NCBI GenBank assembly: GCA_963815115.1
Contig: CAWFFN010000007.1
Location: forward strand, 96,001 to 160,000
DNA from: an uncultured delta proteobacterium
GTDB lineage: Bacteria > Desulfobacterota > Binatia > DP-6
Direction of reading: 5' to 3'
DNA: 64,000 bases
Position 1 is the first letter of the stretch; each line of letters starts with the position of its first letter. The notes beneath the pieces were generated by a model. That model ran no database searches. It was not told the DNA's origin and was given only the letters and a program-made list of their open reading frames with translations. A program made the position numbers and the translations under genes. Below, one piece after another: positions 29,115-39,825 of this stretch.

Positions 29115-29519
29115 GTGCGAGGCACCTTTCGCACCGACGAGCCGTCCACGGAGATCGTCCGGAAGGCGCTCGTCGACGAGTTCCAGCGCGGGGGACGTCG
29201 GGTCGTCTCGGGAGGAGGCGAGACCGCGGACGTGCCGATGGTCGTGACGCTGCGGCGCTTCTGGGCATCCCCCAGCGTGGGCACGCTCAGCGAGGTGGCG
29301 CAGCTCGACGCGGAGATCCTCCTCGGAACGGTGCCCGACCCCGTCCAGTTCCCCGTCAGCGGGTTCTTCAAGACGACGTTCGAGCGCCGGATCATCGGAA
29401 CGTTCCGGTTCGACCAGGCCGCCGACCTGAACGGAGCGCTCGCCGACTTCGTTCGCAACCTGACCCTCGACCCGCACCTGCGGGCGGCGTTCGAAGCGGG
29501 CACGTCCGCGACGAGATGA
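29115..29519 (+). pseudogene. 3' portion of a YajG-like lipoprotein/hypothetical gene lacking a clear start
   Basis: Protein-like stretch STEIVRKALVDEFQRGG...LRRFW...LNGALADFVRNLTLDPHLRAAF; upstream part of the ORF looks non-coding. Confidence 0.4.
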
Positions 29520-29748
29520 GTACCGGCGCGCGGCGCGCCGCTCGGATCGGGTGCCACGTGCGTGGCCCTCTTCGAGCGTCGCCCCACCAGCCCCGTCGGA
29601 TGCTCCGCTACCACCCGGTCGGGCAGCGCCAAGAACCTGCGGGGAACGCTCGCGATCCGGGATACCGACGGCGGCCTCCACACCACCGGCGCCGTCGATC
29701 TGCGATGACCACGGAGGGACCGACGACGATCCGCCAGGCCACTGCCAC

Positions 29749-30070
29749 GATGGTATTGCTCCTCCGGTTAGCGCCCCGAGTGGCGGGAGCCGGCGGCAGC
29801 ATCGGGAGCGCCGCGATCTTCGACGGCTCGAATCAGGACATCGCCGCTCGCAGCATCCGGAACGTCGGAACGAGTCCCCTCCTGGTCGTCGCGACCATCT
29901 TCGACGAATCGGGCGACCCGCTCCCTGCCGCCAAGGACAGATGCACTGACAGGCCGATCGTTTCGGGCGGCCAATGCAGGGTGAATGCGCGGATCCCGAC
30001 GGGCGTCGCGTCCGCATGCTCCGCGACGGCTCGTTCCGGCAGCATCAAAAACGCGCGAGAGGACGCTGAC
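29749..30070 (+). pseudogene. Degenerate small secreted protein resembling 14078..14440
   Basis: IRNVGTSPLLVVATIFDESG...C..C segment resembles VTNVGTKPADVTVQIVG; no clean end. Confidence 0.3.
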
Positions 30071-30265
30071 GGTCGGCTCTCTCGCCGTCGCCAGCGACCT
30101 CGAGCGCCGCGCCGAGCTTCGCTAGGGCGGGCCGCGAGGGCCGAGGAGCTGTATCTCCGTTCCCGAGACCTCGCGCTGCGCCACCGACGGTCGCGCAGGG
30201 CCCGCGAGCCTGGGACGCGTGGGCCGACCTCTGCTCCGAGGCCGGCCATGATCGCGGTCGGGTCC

Positions 30266-31396
30266 CTAGCGCGGCACGAGGCGGACGACGCCGTTGTCGG
30301 CGCTATCGGGTCCGCGCCCGGCCAGTGCGACCGCCGTGCGCAGCAGCGCGACGTTGAGACCGAGCCTGCCGCCCTCGTCACGCCCCGGGAAGCTGCCGAT
30401 CAGCGCGCCGGTCCGTGTCGAGTAGAGGTACGCCGCGCCTTCCTCTCCGTCGGCCAGCGACGTGCACGCCGCCCCGACGAGAACGGCGTCGCGCCGCACC
30501 GCCACCGCGTTCCCGAAGCAGCCGGCGTTGGGGTCGTCCGACACGATCGTCCGGCGCAGGCGGCCGCGCCGGTCGAACAGGTGAACGGCTCCGCGGCCGC
30601 CGGATGCCCCGGGGGCGCTGACGGCGATCACGGGTCCGTCGGCGGCGATCGCGCTGCCGAAGGAGTCCCCGGCTTCCTGGGAGCCGACGACGGTCTCGAC
30701 CGCGCCCGTCTCGGGATCCAGGATCGACACGATGCCGTCCCCCGACACGCTGCCGTCCGGGTTGCCGAGACCCCAGTGCGAGATCACGAGGCGCCGTCCG
30801 ACACGCGCGAGGGCGGAACGGAGAAAGCGCTGGGGCTCCGGATTCGGCACCGTTCGCAGCAGGGCTCCGGTCCGAGCGTCGAACACGTGGATGCCGCCGG
30901 TTCCCGGCACCGAACTCCCGCTGTCGAGCAGCGCAACTCGCTGGTTCATGGCGACGAGGGCTGCGATCGATGAGACCGAACTCGGAGCCTGGTACGTGGC
31001 CCGTACGACCGCCGTCGCCGGCTCCACGCGCAACGCCTCGGGCCCTGGTGCTCCCACGAGCCGTGCGACGAGGACATCGCGCCCAATCGTGGCCACCAGG
31101 CTCCCGAAGCCGGTGTCCTCGAGGTCGTACAGCGACCACACGGTCTCGCCGGTGCCGGGATCGAGGGCCTCCACGAAGTTGCAGAACTCCCCTGCGCTGC
31201 CGACCACGAGACGGCCCCCGAGGACGGCCATCGAATGGCCGTAGGTGTTCTCGATGTCGCAATAGGGCTGGGCCGGTCCGGTGACGATGGTCGCTCCCGC
31301 CACCGCGGCGAGGGTGAGGAGCGCGGCCGAGGCGGCGAGATACGCACGCGGCCGGCGGCGAGCGAGCGGCGAACGCACGAGCTCCTCGGGGAGCAA
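30266..31396 (-). CDS. Secreted beta-propeller protein (FG-GAP/PQQ-like repeats)
   Basis: Signal-like N-terminus; repeated FGS/FGN..VA, GAVHLFD, DARTG, DPETG motifs. Confidence 0.7.
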   Translation of the reverse strand: MLPEELVRSPLARRRPRAYLAASAALLTLAAVAGATIVTGPAQPYCDIENTYGHSMAVLGGRLVVGSAGEFCNFVEALDPGTGETVWSLYDLEDTGFGSLVATIGRDVLVARLVGAPGPEALRVEPATAVVRATYQAPSSVSSIAALVAMNQRVALLDSGSSVPGTGGIHVFDARTGALLRTVPNPEPQRFLRSALARVGRRLVISHWGLGNPDGSVSGDGIVSILDPETGAVETVVGSQEAGDSFGSAIAADGPVIAVSAPGASGGRGAVHLFDRRGRLRRTIVSDDPNAGCFGNAVAVRRDAVLVGAACTSLADGEEGAAYLYSTRTGALIGSFPGRDEGGRLGLNVALLRTAVALAGRGPDSADNGVVRLVPR

Positions 31397-31683
31397 CGGT
31401 CGTGCCGTCTCCGGACGCGCACTGGCGGGGCACCGTCGCCGCGCGAGTCTGCAACGTCGCGGCGGCCCCGCAGTGCTGCAGGCTGCTTCGTACGATCGGG
31501 ATGATCCACGAGGCCGACGTCCAGCCTACCGTGTGCCCCATCTTCCCGTCCCTCGGGCCCGGTCACGACAGCCGTGCTTGCGCGGCTTGTACCACAGGCT
31601 GCGCTCGCTGACGCCGAGGAGCCGTCCTCCGGAGCCCTTGGGAGGCCGTCCTTCGTGTGCGCCGCGCCGCGGCTTCGCCCGGG

Positions 31684-34600
31684 TCAGCAGCTGGCCGCGC
31701 CGTCGCCAGCGCGCCGACGGACCACCCGCTCGAGGACCTCGAAGAGCTCCCGCGCCTTGATCGGCTTCGAGACGTATCCGTCCATCCCCGCGGCCAGGCA
31801 GCGCTCGCGATCGCCCATCATCGCATGTGCCGTCATCGCGATGATGGGCACGTGAACCGAGGCATCGGCCGGGAAAGCGGTGGCGGCGCCGTCGCCGCGA
31901 ACGGCTGGCGTCTGGGCGCCGCCGCTCGTCGGTACGGCGAGGTGTTCATCACCCCGGATCTGCGCGGTGGCCTCGAACCCGTCCATCACGGGCATCTGCA
32001 CATCCATCAACACCGCGTCGAACGGCTCGCGCCGAACCGCGGCCAGGGCTTCCAGTCCATTGCTCGCCAGCGCGACCGTGCACCCGTGCTTCTCGAGCAG
32101 CCGGACTGCAAGACGTTGATTCACGATGTTGTCCTCGACGAGCAGGATATGCCTGTGCACCTCCACACCGTGCGGTGCCGCGCCGGCTCGATTCGGCGCC
32201 GCCGGCGGACGGTCAACGCGGTCGCCGGACGCTCGCAGGGTGCGCGCAACGGCATCGAGCAGATCGCTCGGCTTGACCGGCTTCATCAGATGCGCCGCGA
32301 TACCGAGCGCTCTACACCGTGCGCCATCGCCGGCCTGACCGCCGGAGGTCATCATGATGAGCGCCGGTGGGTCGGGCAGGGCGCTCTGCGCAATCCGGGC
32401 GGCAAGCGTGAATCCGTCCATCTCGGGCATCTCCTCGTCGAGCAATACCAGGGCGAAGCCGTGACCGGCCCGTACCGCGCCGTCCAGGGCCTCGAGCGCG
32501 GCGGCGCCACTCGCGACCGCGACGGGGCGCATCCCCCCAGCGCAGCACCGTCTCCTCGAGGATGCGGCGGTTGGTGACGTTGTCGTCGACGACGAGGACC
32601 GGCAGATCGCGCAGCATCGCCGGCGTCCTGATCGCGGGCGCCGCCGCGGCGATCCCGAAGCACGCGGTGAAGCGAAAGCTGCTTCCGTGTCCCACGGCGC
32701 TGTCGAGCTCGATGTCTCCCTCCATCAAGTTGACCAGCCGCCTGGCGATCGTGAGCCCGAGGCCCGTGCCGCCATACTTGCGCGTCGTCGAGCCGTCCGC
32801 CTGCTCGAAGGCCTCGAAGATGCCCCGTTGCTTCTCGGCCGCGACGCCGATCCCCGTATCGCGAACCGTGAAGCGCAACTCGGTCCGCGGGCAGGCGCTC
32901 GGAGGCTCGGATCTGGACAGGCCTGTCCCTGCCGCGGGCGGACGATCACCGGGCGGGCTCGCGCTCGCCTGCTCGACCTCCACGGCCACCTCGCCCTGCG
33001 GCGTGAACTTGATGGCGTTCCCGACGAGATTGACGAGGATCTGCCTGAGGCGCCCCGGGTCGCCCACGAGGTTCTCGGGCACATCGGGCAGGACTCGCCA
33101 GGTGAGCTCCAGCCCCTTCTGATGGGCGCACAACGCCTGAACCTTCATGACGTCGCCGAGGACATTCGGGAGGTTGAACTCGACCGGATCGAGCTCCAGC
33201 TTTCCGGCCTCGATCTTGGAGAAATCGAGTATGTCGTTGATGACCGACATCAACGAGTCGGCCGAGACCTTCACCATCTCCAGGTATTCCCGCTGATCGG
33301 GCTCCAGCGTCGTGTCCAGGGCCAGGTCCGTCATGCCGATGATGCCGTTCATCGGTGTACGGATCTCGTGACTCATGTTGGCGAGAAAGTCGCTCTTGGC
33401 GCGGCTGGCCGCTTCGGCCGTTTCCCTGGCCTCCCGCAGCTGCATCTCCACTCGCTTCCGTTCGGTGATGTCACGGACGATGCCGACCGCGTGCCAGCGG
33501 CCATCGAGGTGGATCGGCGCGAGCGATAGCTCGATCGGTATCTCATCGCCGCCGTTGCGCCGTCCCACGACCTCCCTCGTCTTGCCGATGGCTGCGCCCT
33601 CGCCCGTGAGCCAGAACGCCTCGAGACCCCGCGCCGCCGCCTCCCGGAACGTCGCCGGCGCCACGAGCTCATGGAGATCGCGCCCCAGCACCGCGCCCTC
33701 CGAGTATCCGAAGATCGTTTCCGCCGCGCGGTTCCAGAACGCCACGCGGCCGTCCGCATCCATCATGACGATGCCATCCTGCGCCGACGCGGTGATGGTG
33801 CGGAATCGCTCTTCACTGTCGCGCAGCGCCTGCTCCACGAGCCTGCGCTGGGTGACGTCACGCGCGATCGCCGAAGCGCCCGTGACGACGCCCTCGGTGT
33901 CCCGGACCGGTGACAACTTCAGCGAGACGGCGACCGGGGTGCCGTCCTTGCGACGGCGCGTCGCCTCGTAGTCAGCGATTCGCTGGCCATCCTTCACCCG
34001 TTCGAGAAGGCGGAGCGTCTCCGTCGGGTCGGAGCACAGGAGGGTGGCGACCGGCATGCCGATCGCCTCCTCTGCGGTGTACCCGTAGACGTGCTCGGCG
34101 CCGCGATTCCAGCTGAGGATCGTGCCGTCGAGTGTTTCACTGATGATGGCGTCCTCCGAGGACTCCACGATGGCTGCCAGGAGACGGCGCTCGTCCTCGA
34201 CCCGCTTGAGCTCGGTGATGTCCCGGGCCACCGCGGCGAAGCCGATCGTCCGCCCGTTTTCCACGATGAGCTGGACGTTGTGCCCGAGCCAGAGCTCCGT
34301 GCCGTCCTTGGCGATCGCAGGCACCTCGCAATAGGTCGTCGGGATTCGCTCGACGAATTGCCGCAGATAGAAGCGGCCGATTCGCCGGCGCGAATCCGGT
34401 CGGACGAGGACGAGGAAGTGGATGCCCATCATCTCGCTCTCGCTGTATCGCATGAGGCGCAGGGCGATCGGATTGCAGTAGGTCACGTGACCCGTGTCGT
34501 CGGTCCGATAGATGATGTCGGTCGCGTGTCCGAGTATCTGCTCGTAGCGCGCCGCGCTCGCCGCACTCGTGGTGTGGATGCCGTAACCGGCGAGCAGCGC

Positions 34601-35326
34601 GGCGGCGAGCGCCAGCAGGCCCAGCATCTCGGCCTGGCTCAAACTGTGCTCGCCGAATACCTCCAGCACGTAGGACAGGAGCGCGATGCCGCCGCCGAAC
34701 AGCACCAGGTCCACGACGTCGAGCGGATGGGTCTGCTGCTCGCGATAGTCCGGCAGGTGGCGATACACGAAGTAGACGCCGAGCAGGCCGACCGGAACGT
34801 TGACGTAGAACACGCCGCGCCAATTGAGATAGGAGACGATCAGCCCGCCGGCGACCGGCCCGACCATGGGGCCGATCAGGCCTGGAATGGCGACAAAGCT
34901 CATGACGGGGACGAGATCGGCCTTGTCGTAGGTGCGCGCCAGCGTCATGCGACCGACCGGCATCATCATGGCACCGCCCGCGCCCTGCAGGATGCGGCAG
35001 GCCACCAGCATCTCGAGGCTGGTCGAGAGGCCGCACAGCACCGAGCCCACGGTGAAGAGGCCGATCGCCGTGGCGAACACGCGCCGCGTGCCGAACCGGT
35101 CGGCCATCCAGCCGCTCACCGGCATGAAGACGGCGAGGCTCAGTGTATAGCTCGCCAGCACCGACTTCACGCTGAGCGGCGCCACGTCCATGGCCCGCGC
35201 GATGGCTGGCACCGCGGTGTTGAGGATCGTCGTGTCGAGCGACTGCATGAAGAACGCAACGGCGACCAGCCACGGCAACAGGCGCTTGATGGCATCGTTT
35301 GGCGAAGCGGTGGTTGTCGCGGCCAT
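31684..35326 (-). CDS. Hybrid sensor histidine kinase: half-MFS (DHA2) domain + 3 PAS + HisKA + HATPase + 2 REC; one +1 frameshift in a G6 run at ~32535
   Basis: MQSLDTTILN, GWMADRFGTRR, RILQGAGG, GPMVGPVAGG (MFS); three PAS-PAC; SHEIRTPMNG; NLVGNAIKFT, DTGIG, GGTGLGL; VLVVDDN/LLDEEMP and LLVEDN/LMDVQMP receivers. Confidence 0.85.
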
Positions 35327-35530
35327 CGTCAGTCCGCCGGTCTGAAAGGAGCCTGCCCGTGGGCGTCGAACAGGGCGTCCAGGAATTCCGGGATCAGCGG
35401 CATGCTCCGCGTCCCCTTGACGCAGGGTGGCTCCGGGGCAGCCGGTGCGCACTGAAGCGGGGCCGCACACGCTGCTCGTACTTGGGGACGAGCTGAGGCA
35501 ATACATTGATCCCCAGAGAGGAGATCCTCC

Positions 35531-35899
35531 ATGCCGTATCTCCGTGCAGTGCTCCTTGCGACCATCATCACGATGGGGATGGCTCCTGCGGCACACTCAG
35601 CGACCGATCGGGAGAAGCTCAGCAAGCTCATGAGGGACGCCGCACCGAGATTCGGCAACGTCTTCAGCGCACAGGCCGTCAGCGATGCGTTGCAGAAGTC
35701 GAAGACGGTGTGCGTCTGCTTCGATCCCCAACAGAACGCGGCGCTGGTTGGGTTCATGGTGTTCTTGGGCCCCCGGACAGCTGGCGAGGGCTTCACAGCA
35801 CTGTGCCTGACGCCGGTGTTCACGTCAGATGGTGCCGTGACCGGCGGGACGGGCGCCTGTGCCGAGTTCACCCCCATCCCGGGCAGCAACGCGCCGTGA
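35531..35899 (+). CDS. Small secreted hypothetical protein
   Basis: GAGGAG RBS, signal MPYLRAVLLATIITMGMAPAAHS, 4 Cys. Confidence 0.6.
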   Translation: MPYLRAVLLATIITMGMAPAAHSATDREKLSKLMRDAAPRFGNVFSAQAVSDALQKSKTVCVCFDPQQNAALVGFMVFLGPRTAGEGFTALCLTPVFTSDGAVTGGTGACAEFTPIPGSNAP

Positions 35900-36029
35900 A
35901 TGTGCCCTTCCGTCGGCGTCGGCAACGAACCGGCGCGGAGCATTTCTCCTCCGAGGCCGTCGGAGGCCGTCCTTCGAGCTCCTTCGGGAGCACCCGCGAG
36001 GATCGGGCCTTTGTGCGGACTATCTGGTC

Positions 36030-36200
36030 GATCCGAGCACCGACGTCGACGTGCCCTCGAGCTACACGAACTTCGGCGAACGCGCCGTCTACCTGAGCGT
36101 TCCCGGCCAGGTGCAGGCCGTCCTGCGGTGCTCCGCCGACGATCTGGGGCCCGCGGGACGCGACGCCTTCCACGGCCGGGGACGGGTGAACGCGATCGCG
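36030..36200 (+). pseudogene. Internally deleted S8 (subtilisin-like) peptidase relic
   Basis: PSSYTNFGERAVYLSVPG joined directly to QVQAVLRCSADDLGPAGRDAFHGRGRVNA; the GTSMA catalytic-Ser segment that normally lies between them is absent. Confidence 0.6.
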
Positions 36201-36280
36201 ATGACCCGGGGAGTGATCGCCCTGGCGTCGCGCAGCTCGCATCGCTGCACGTGAACCACGGTCACCGAGTGGTGCGTGCG

Positions 36281-37771
36281 CTACCGGTCGGGCCCGTGCC
36301 GAACGGCGCGCAAGCCGGACAGATCGCGCGCGACCATCGTGTTGCGATCGGACACGCTGCTGCCGAGCGCAAACTGGGGCCACAGGCCGGCTATCTCCTG
36401 CCGGCTGCGTTCGCTCCACGCCCGGGCGAGCCGGCTCCGCGTCTTGTGGAAGTTCAACGCGAAGCCGCCGGTGTAGAGCCGCAGGAGGGAGAAGCCGCCC
36501 GGATACTCCTTGCCCGCGGCGATCTCCTGCATCGTGACCCCGGGAGCCACCGCGCTGATCGTGCGCTTGTTGCGATGCGTGTGGCCTGCGTGATGCAGAA
36601 ACAGTCCGGGAGTCTGCGAGTAGTCGTCCAGGATCGTCGCCACCTGTCCGGCCTCGAGCCTGTTGCTCGCCGAGGTCGGGAACGGTGACTTCTCGACGAT
36701 GAGAGGATGGTGCCCGAACACGATCGTCGGCTGCTCGCGCTCCCTGGCGAGCTCGGCGCGGAACCAGGCGAGCTGTTCGGCGGAGAGCGCGCCGGCATCG
36801 CTGCCGCGTCCGGGCTTGTCGTAGGTGTCGAGGCCGATGACCCGGAGGCCACGGAGTTCGCGACTGAAGTAGGTCGGCTCGTCTCCCGGGAAGAAGTGAT
36901 CGTGGAAGCAGTCGTTGCCCTGCCATTGGCCGATACGACACGCCGCGTACGCCTCACCGGTATGCGCGCGATCGTGATTGCCGCGCACGACGAAGTAGTC
37001 CCGGCGATACTTGCCGAATCGTCTGAGCAGCTTCCCCGCTCTGCTGAGGTCGACCGGCGCGGCTTCGGCCGTGATGTCGCCGGCGGCAAGCAGGAACGAT
37101 GCACCGAGCGCGCTCGCATCATGGACGAGCGACTCGAGCATCACCTCGGGATAGGGCGGGAGGCCGGGAGCCTGCTGGATCCCGACGATCCCCGTGCCTC
37201 CGAGGAGCCCGGCTGTCGTCTCGCCCATGTGGAGGTCGTTGCACAGCGCGATGGAGAACAGGAAGCGGCCCGGCGGCGGCTCCGGAACGGTGAAGCTGTA
37301 TGGACCGCCGGTCATCAGACCGAAGTCGGAGGTGCCGACGGCGTTCCCGCTGATGAGCGTGAACGGAGTCGGGGATACCGGAATATCGTTGGAGCGGGCC
37401 TCGTAGTAGTACGTCCGTCCCGGCTCGAGGCCTTTGAGCTCGACGTAGTGATACGGCGTGTCGCGGAAGCGACCCCCCGCCGCCCGGTTCAACCGCTGGG
37501 GGTCCGTTCCCCAGAAGACCGCGCCGTCGGCCGGAGCGGGTTCCATCCGACCCAGGCCGTCATCGGTTCCGGTGTATCCCGTGTACCAGGTGATGACCGC
37601 CCGGTCTTCGGTGAGGGTCACGAGCTCGAGGTTCACCGGCGACACGGCGTCCTTACGGCTGCGTGCGGCGGCAACCCCGTTGTCGAACAGGCGGCGAGCG
37701 AAGAATGGTGAGGCCGCGGCTACGGCGGTCCAGCGCAGGAAGTCCCGTCGCGTGAAGTCACAACCAGGCAC
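36281..37771 (-). CDS. Tat-exported metallophosphoesterase with N-terminal Fn3/purple-acid-phosphatase-like domain
   Basis: FTRRDFL Tat motif; NDLH, AGDIT, GNHD, GHHP, GHTH. Confidence 0.88.
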   Translation of the reverse strand: MPGCDFTRRDFLRWTAVAAASPFFARRLFDNGVAAARSRKDAVSPVNLELVTLTEDRAVITWYTGYTGTDDGLGRMEPAPADGAVFWGTDPQRLNRAAGGRFRDTPYHYVELKGLEPGRTYYYEARSNDIPVSPTPFTLISGNAVGTSDFGLMTGGPYSFTVPEPPPGRFLFSIALCNDLHMGETTAGLLGGTGIVGIQQAPGLPPYPEVMLESLVHDASALGASFLLAAGDITAEAAPVDLSRAGKLLRRFGKYRRDYFVVRGNHDRAHTGEAYAACRIGQWQGNDCFHDHFFPGDEPTYFSRELRGLRVIGLDTYDKPGRGSDAGALSAEQLAWFRAELAREREQPTIVFGHHPLIVEKSPFPTSASNRLEAGQVATILDDYSQTPGLFLHHAGHTHRNKRTISAVAPGVTMQEIAAGKEYPGGFSLLRLYTGGFALNFHKTRSRLARAWSERSRQEIAGLWPQFALGSSVSDRNTMVARDLSGLRAVRHGPDR

Positions 37772-38104
37772 GGACCAAACCTACCAATCGCCGACGTCGC
37801 GTGGCGGCCGTCTCGCGGTGCATGGGAGCGGTCTCCTCCGGCCGCATCGCGCCTGTCTCACCATGGCCCTGAGGGAGTGCCAGAGTCGTTCGGGGTGGGT
37901 CAACGATGGACTTGCCTCTCGTCGGCGTCCCGGGCTCGTGATGCCGCACGTGCGTCCCGGCGTCGCGCGCTCCGCGGACACGCCGAGGTCAGGACTCCGG
38001 TTGCCGCTCCGGGGCCTGCGGGGTCACCATCGCCAGACGCGAGCCACGCGGCAACGCGGAGGGGCGTCGACCGCCGTCGACCGCCCTGCGGACCTCCTTC
38101 CCGT

Positions 38105-39028
38105 TCAAGGAGTACGGGCGACGCGGAAGCCGAAGCGGGGGAAGTGCACGACCACGGCGCCGAGCGCGGGCTCCTCGCGGCGGATGGCGATGTCCTCGGC
38201 CGACGACTCGACCAGGGTCCCGGCGATGGGATCGAAGCCGTAGTCGTCCGCCGTGACGGTCACGGCCATGCCGGCCGCCAGCCCGTTCGGCTCCCGGGAA
38301 TCGACCGTGCCCGGCGCGGCCGGCTCCGCCGCGCGCGCGACGGCGAGCGCCTCGGCCGCGGACACGTCGCGCCGCTCGCCCTGGCCCATGGCCTCCAGGC
38401 GCGCCATCCAGCCGGCAACGCGGCCGAACTCGCCGAGCAGCGCCTGCGCTCCGGGCGCGACGCGCAGGAACCAGAGCGGGTGGTAGCACGCGGCATCGGC
38501 CAGGCTGAAGGCGCGGCCGAGCAGCCATTGACGGCCGTCGGCGAGCTGCGAGTCGAGGGTGGCGATCAGCGCGCGCACCTGCTCGCGGGCGTGCGGCGCC
38601 TGCTTCGGGATGTCGCGGAAATCGCGTCCGGGCATCATCTTGCTCCGGTCCTCGATGAACGCCGGCGGCACGAGCGCGCCGATGTCCGCGAACACGACCG
38701 CCACGACGGGCATGAAGAGCAGGCGGTCGGCCCACAGGTTCCAGGCATGCGCGGTCCCGACCGATCCCTCGGGGTAGATGGTCGGCTCGGGCGCCACGCG
38801 CTCGAGCAGGCGCACGATGCACTGCGTGTCGCAGTAGACGTCGGCGCCGATCTGGAGCACGGGAATGCGCCGGTAGCCGCCGGTCAACGGAACCAGGTCC
38901 GGCTTCGGCATGATGCTCGGCTGCTCGACGGCGCCCCAGGCGAGTCGCTTGTGCGCGAGCACCTTGCGGATCTTCTCGGAGAACGGCGAGGTGTCGTAGT
39001 GGTGCAGCAGCAGCGCGGGCTGCGTCAT
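38105..39028 (-). CDS. Glutathione S-transferase family protein
   Basis: HHYDTSPFSEKIR, LTGGYRRIPVLQIGADVYCDT, FSLADAACY, VHFPRFG. Confidence 0.9.
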   Translation of the reverse strand: MTQPALLLHHYDTSPFSEKIRKVLAHKRLAWGAVEQPSIMPKPDLVPLTGGYRRIPVLQIGADVYCDTQCIVRLLERVAPEPTIYPEGSVGTAHAWNLWADRLLFMPVVAVVFADIGALVPPAFIEDRSKMMPGRDFRDIPKQAPHAREQVRALIATLDSQLADGRQWLLGRAFSLADAACYHPLWFLRVAPGAQALLGEFGRVAGWMARLEAMGQGERRDVSAAEALAVARAAEPAAPGTVDSREPNGLAAGMAVTVTADDYGFDPIAGTLVESSAEDIAIRREEPALGAVVVHFPRFGFRVARTP

Positions 39029-39054
39029 GAACCTTCCCTCATGAACCTTCCCTC
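39025..39054. repeat. 14-bp tandem duplication TCATGAACCTTCCC x2 at the GST start/RBS
   Basis: tcatgaaccttccc tcatgaaccttccc tc. Confidence 0.8.
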
Positions 39055-39055
39055 C

Positions 39056-39084
39056 TTGACAGCGCCCGGGCCGGCGCGTATCAA
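39056..39084 (+). promoter_or_regulatory. Putative sigma70 promoter of pyr operon
   Basis: TTGACA (39056)-17 nt-TATCAA upstream of the PyrR leader. Confidence 0.5.
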
Positions 39085-39110
39085 ACTGCAGCTTCAGCCG
39101 ATCGCCCGGC

Positions 39111-39815
<705 letters not shown>

Positions 39816-39825
39816 GGGAGGCACC

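Noticed and set aside
22500-38100. Prophage or integrative element
   Set aside because: No integrase, phage structural or conjugation genes; only degraded IS fragments.
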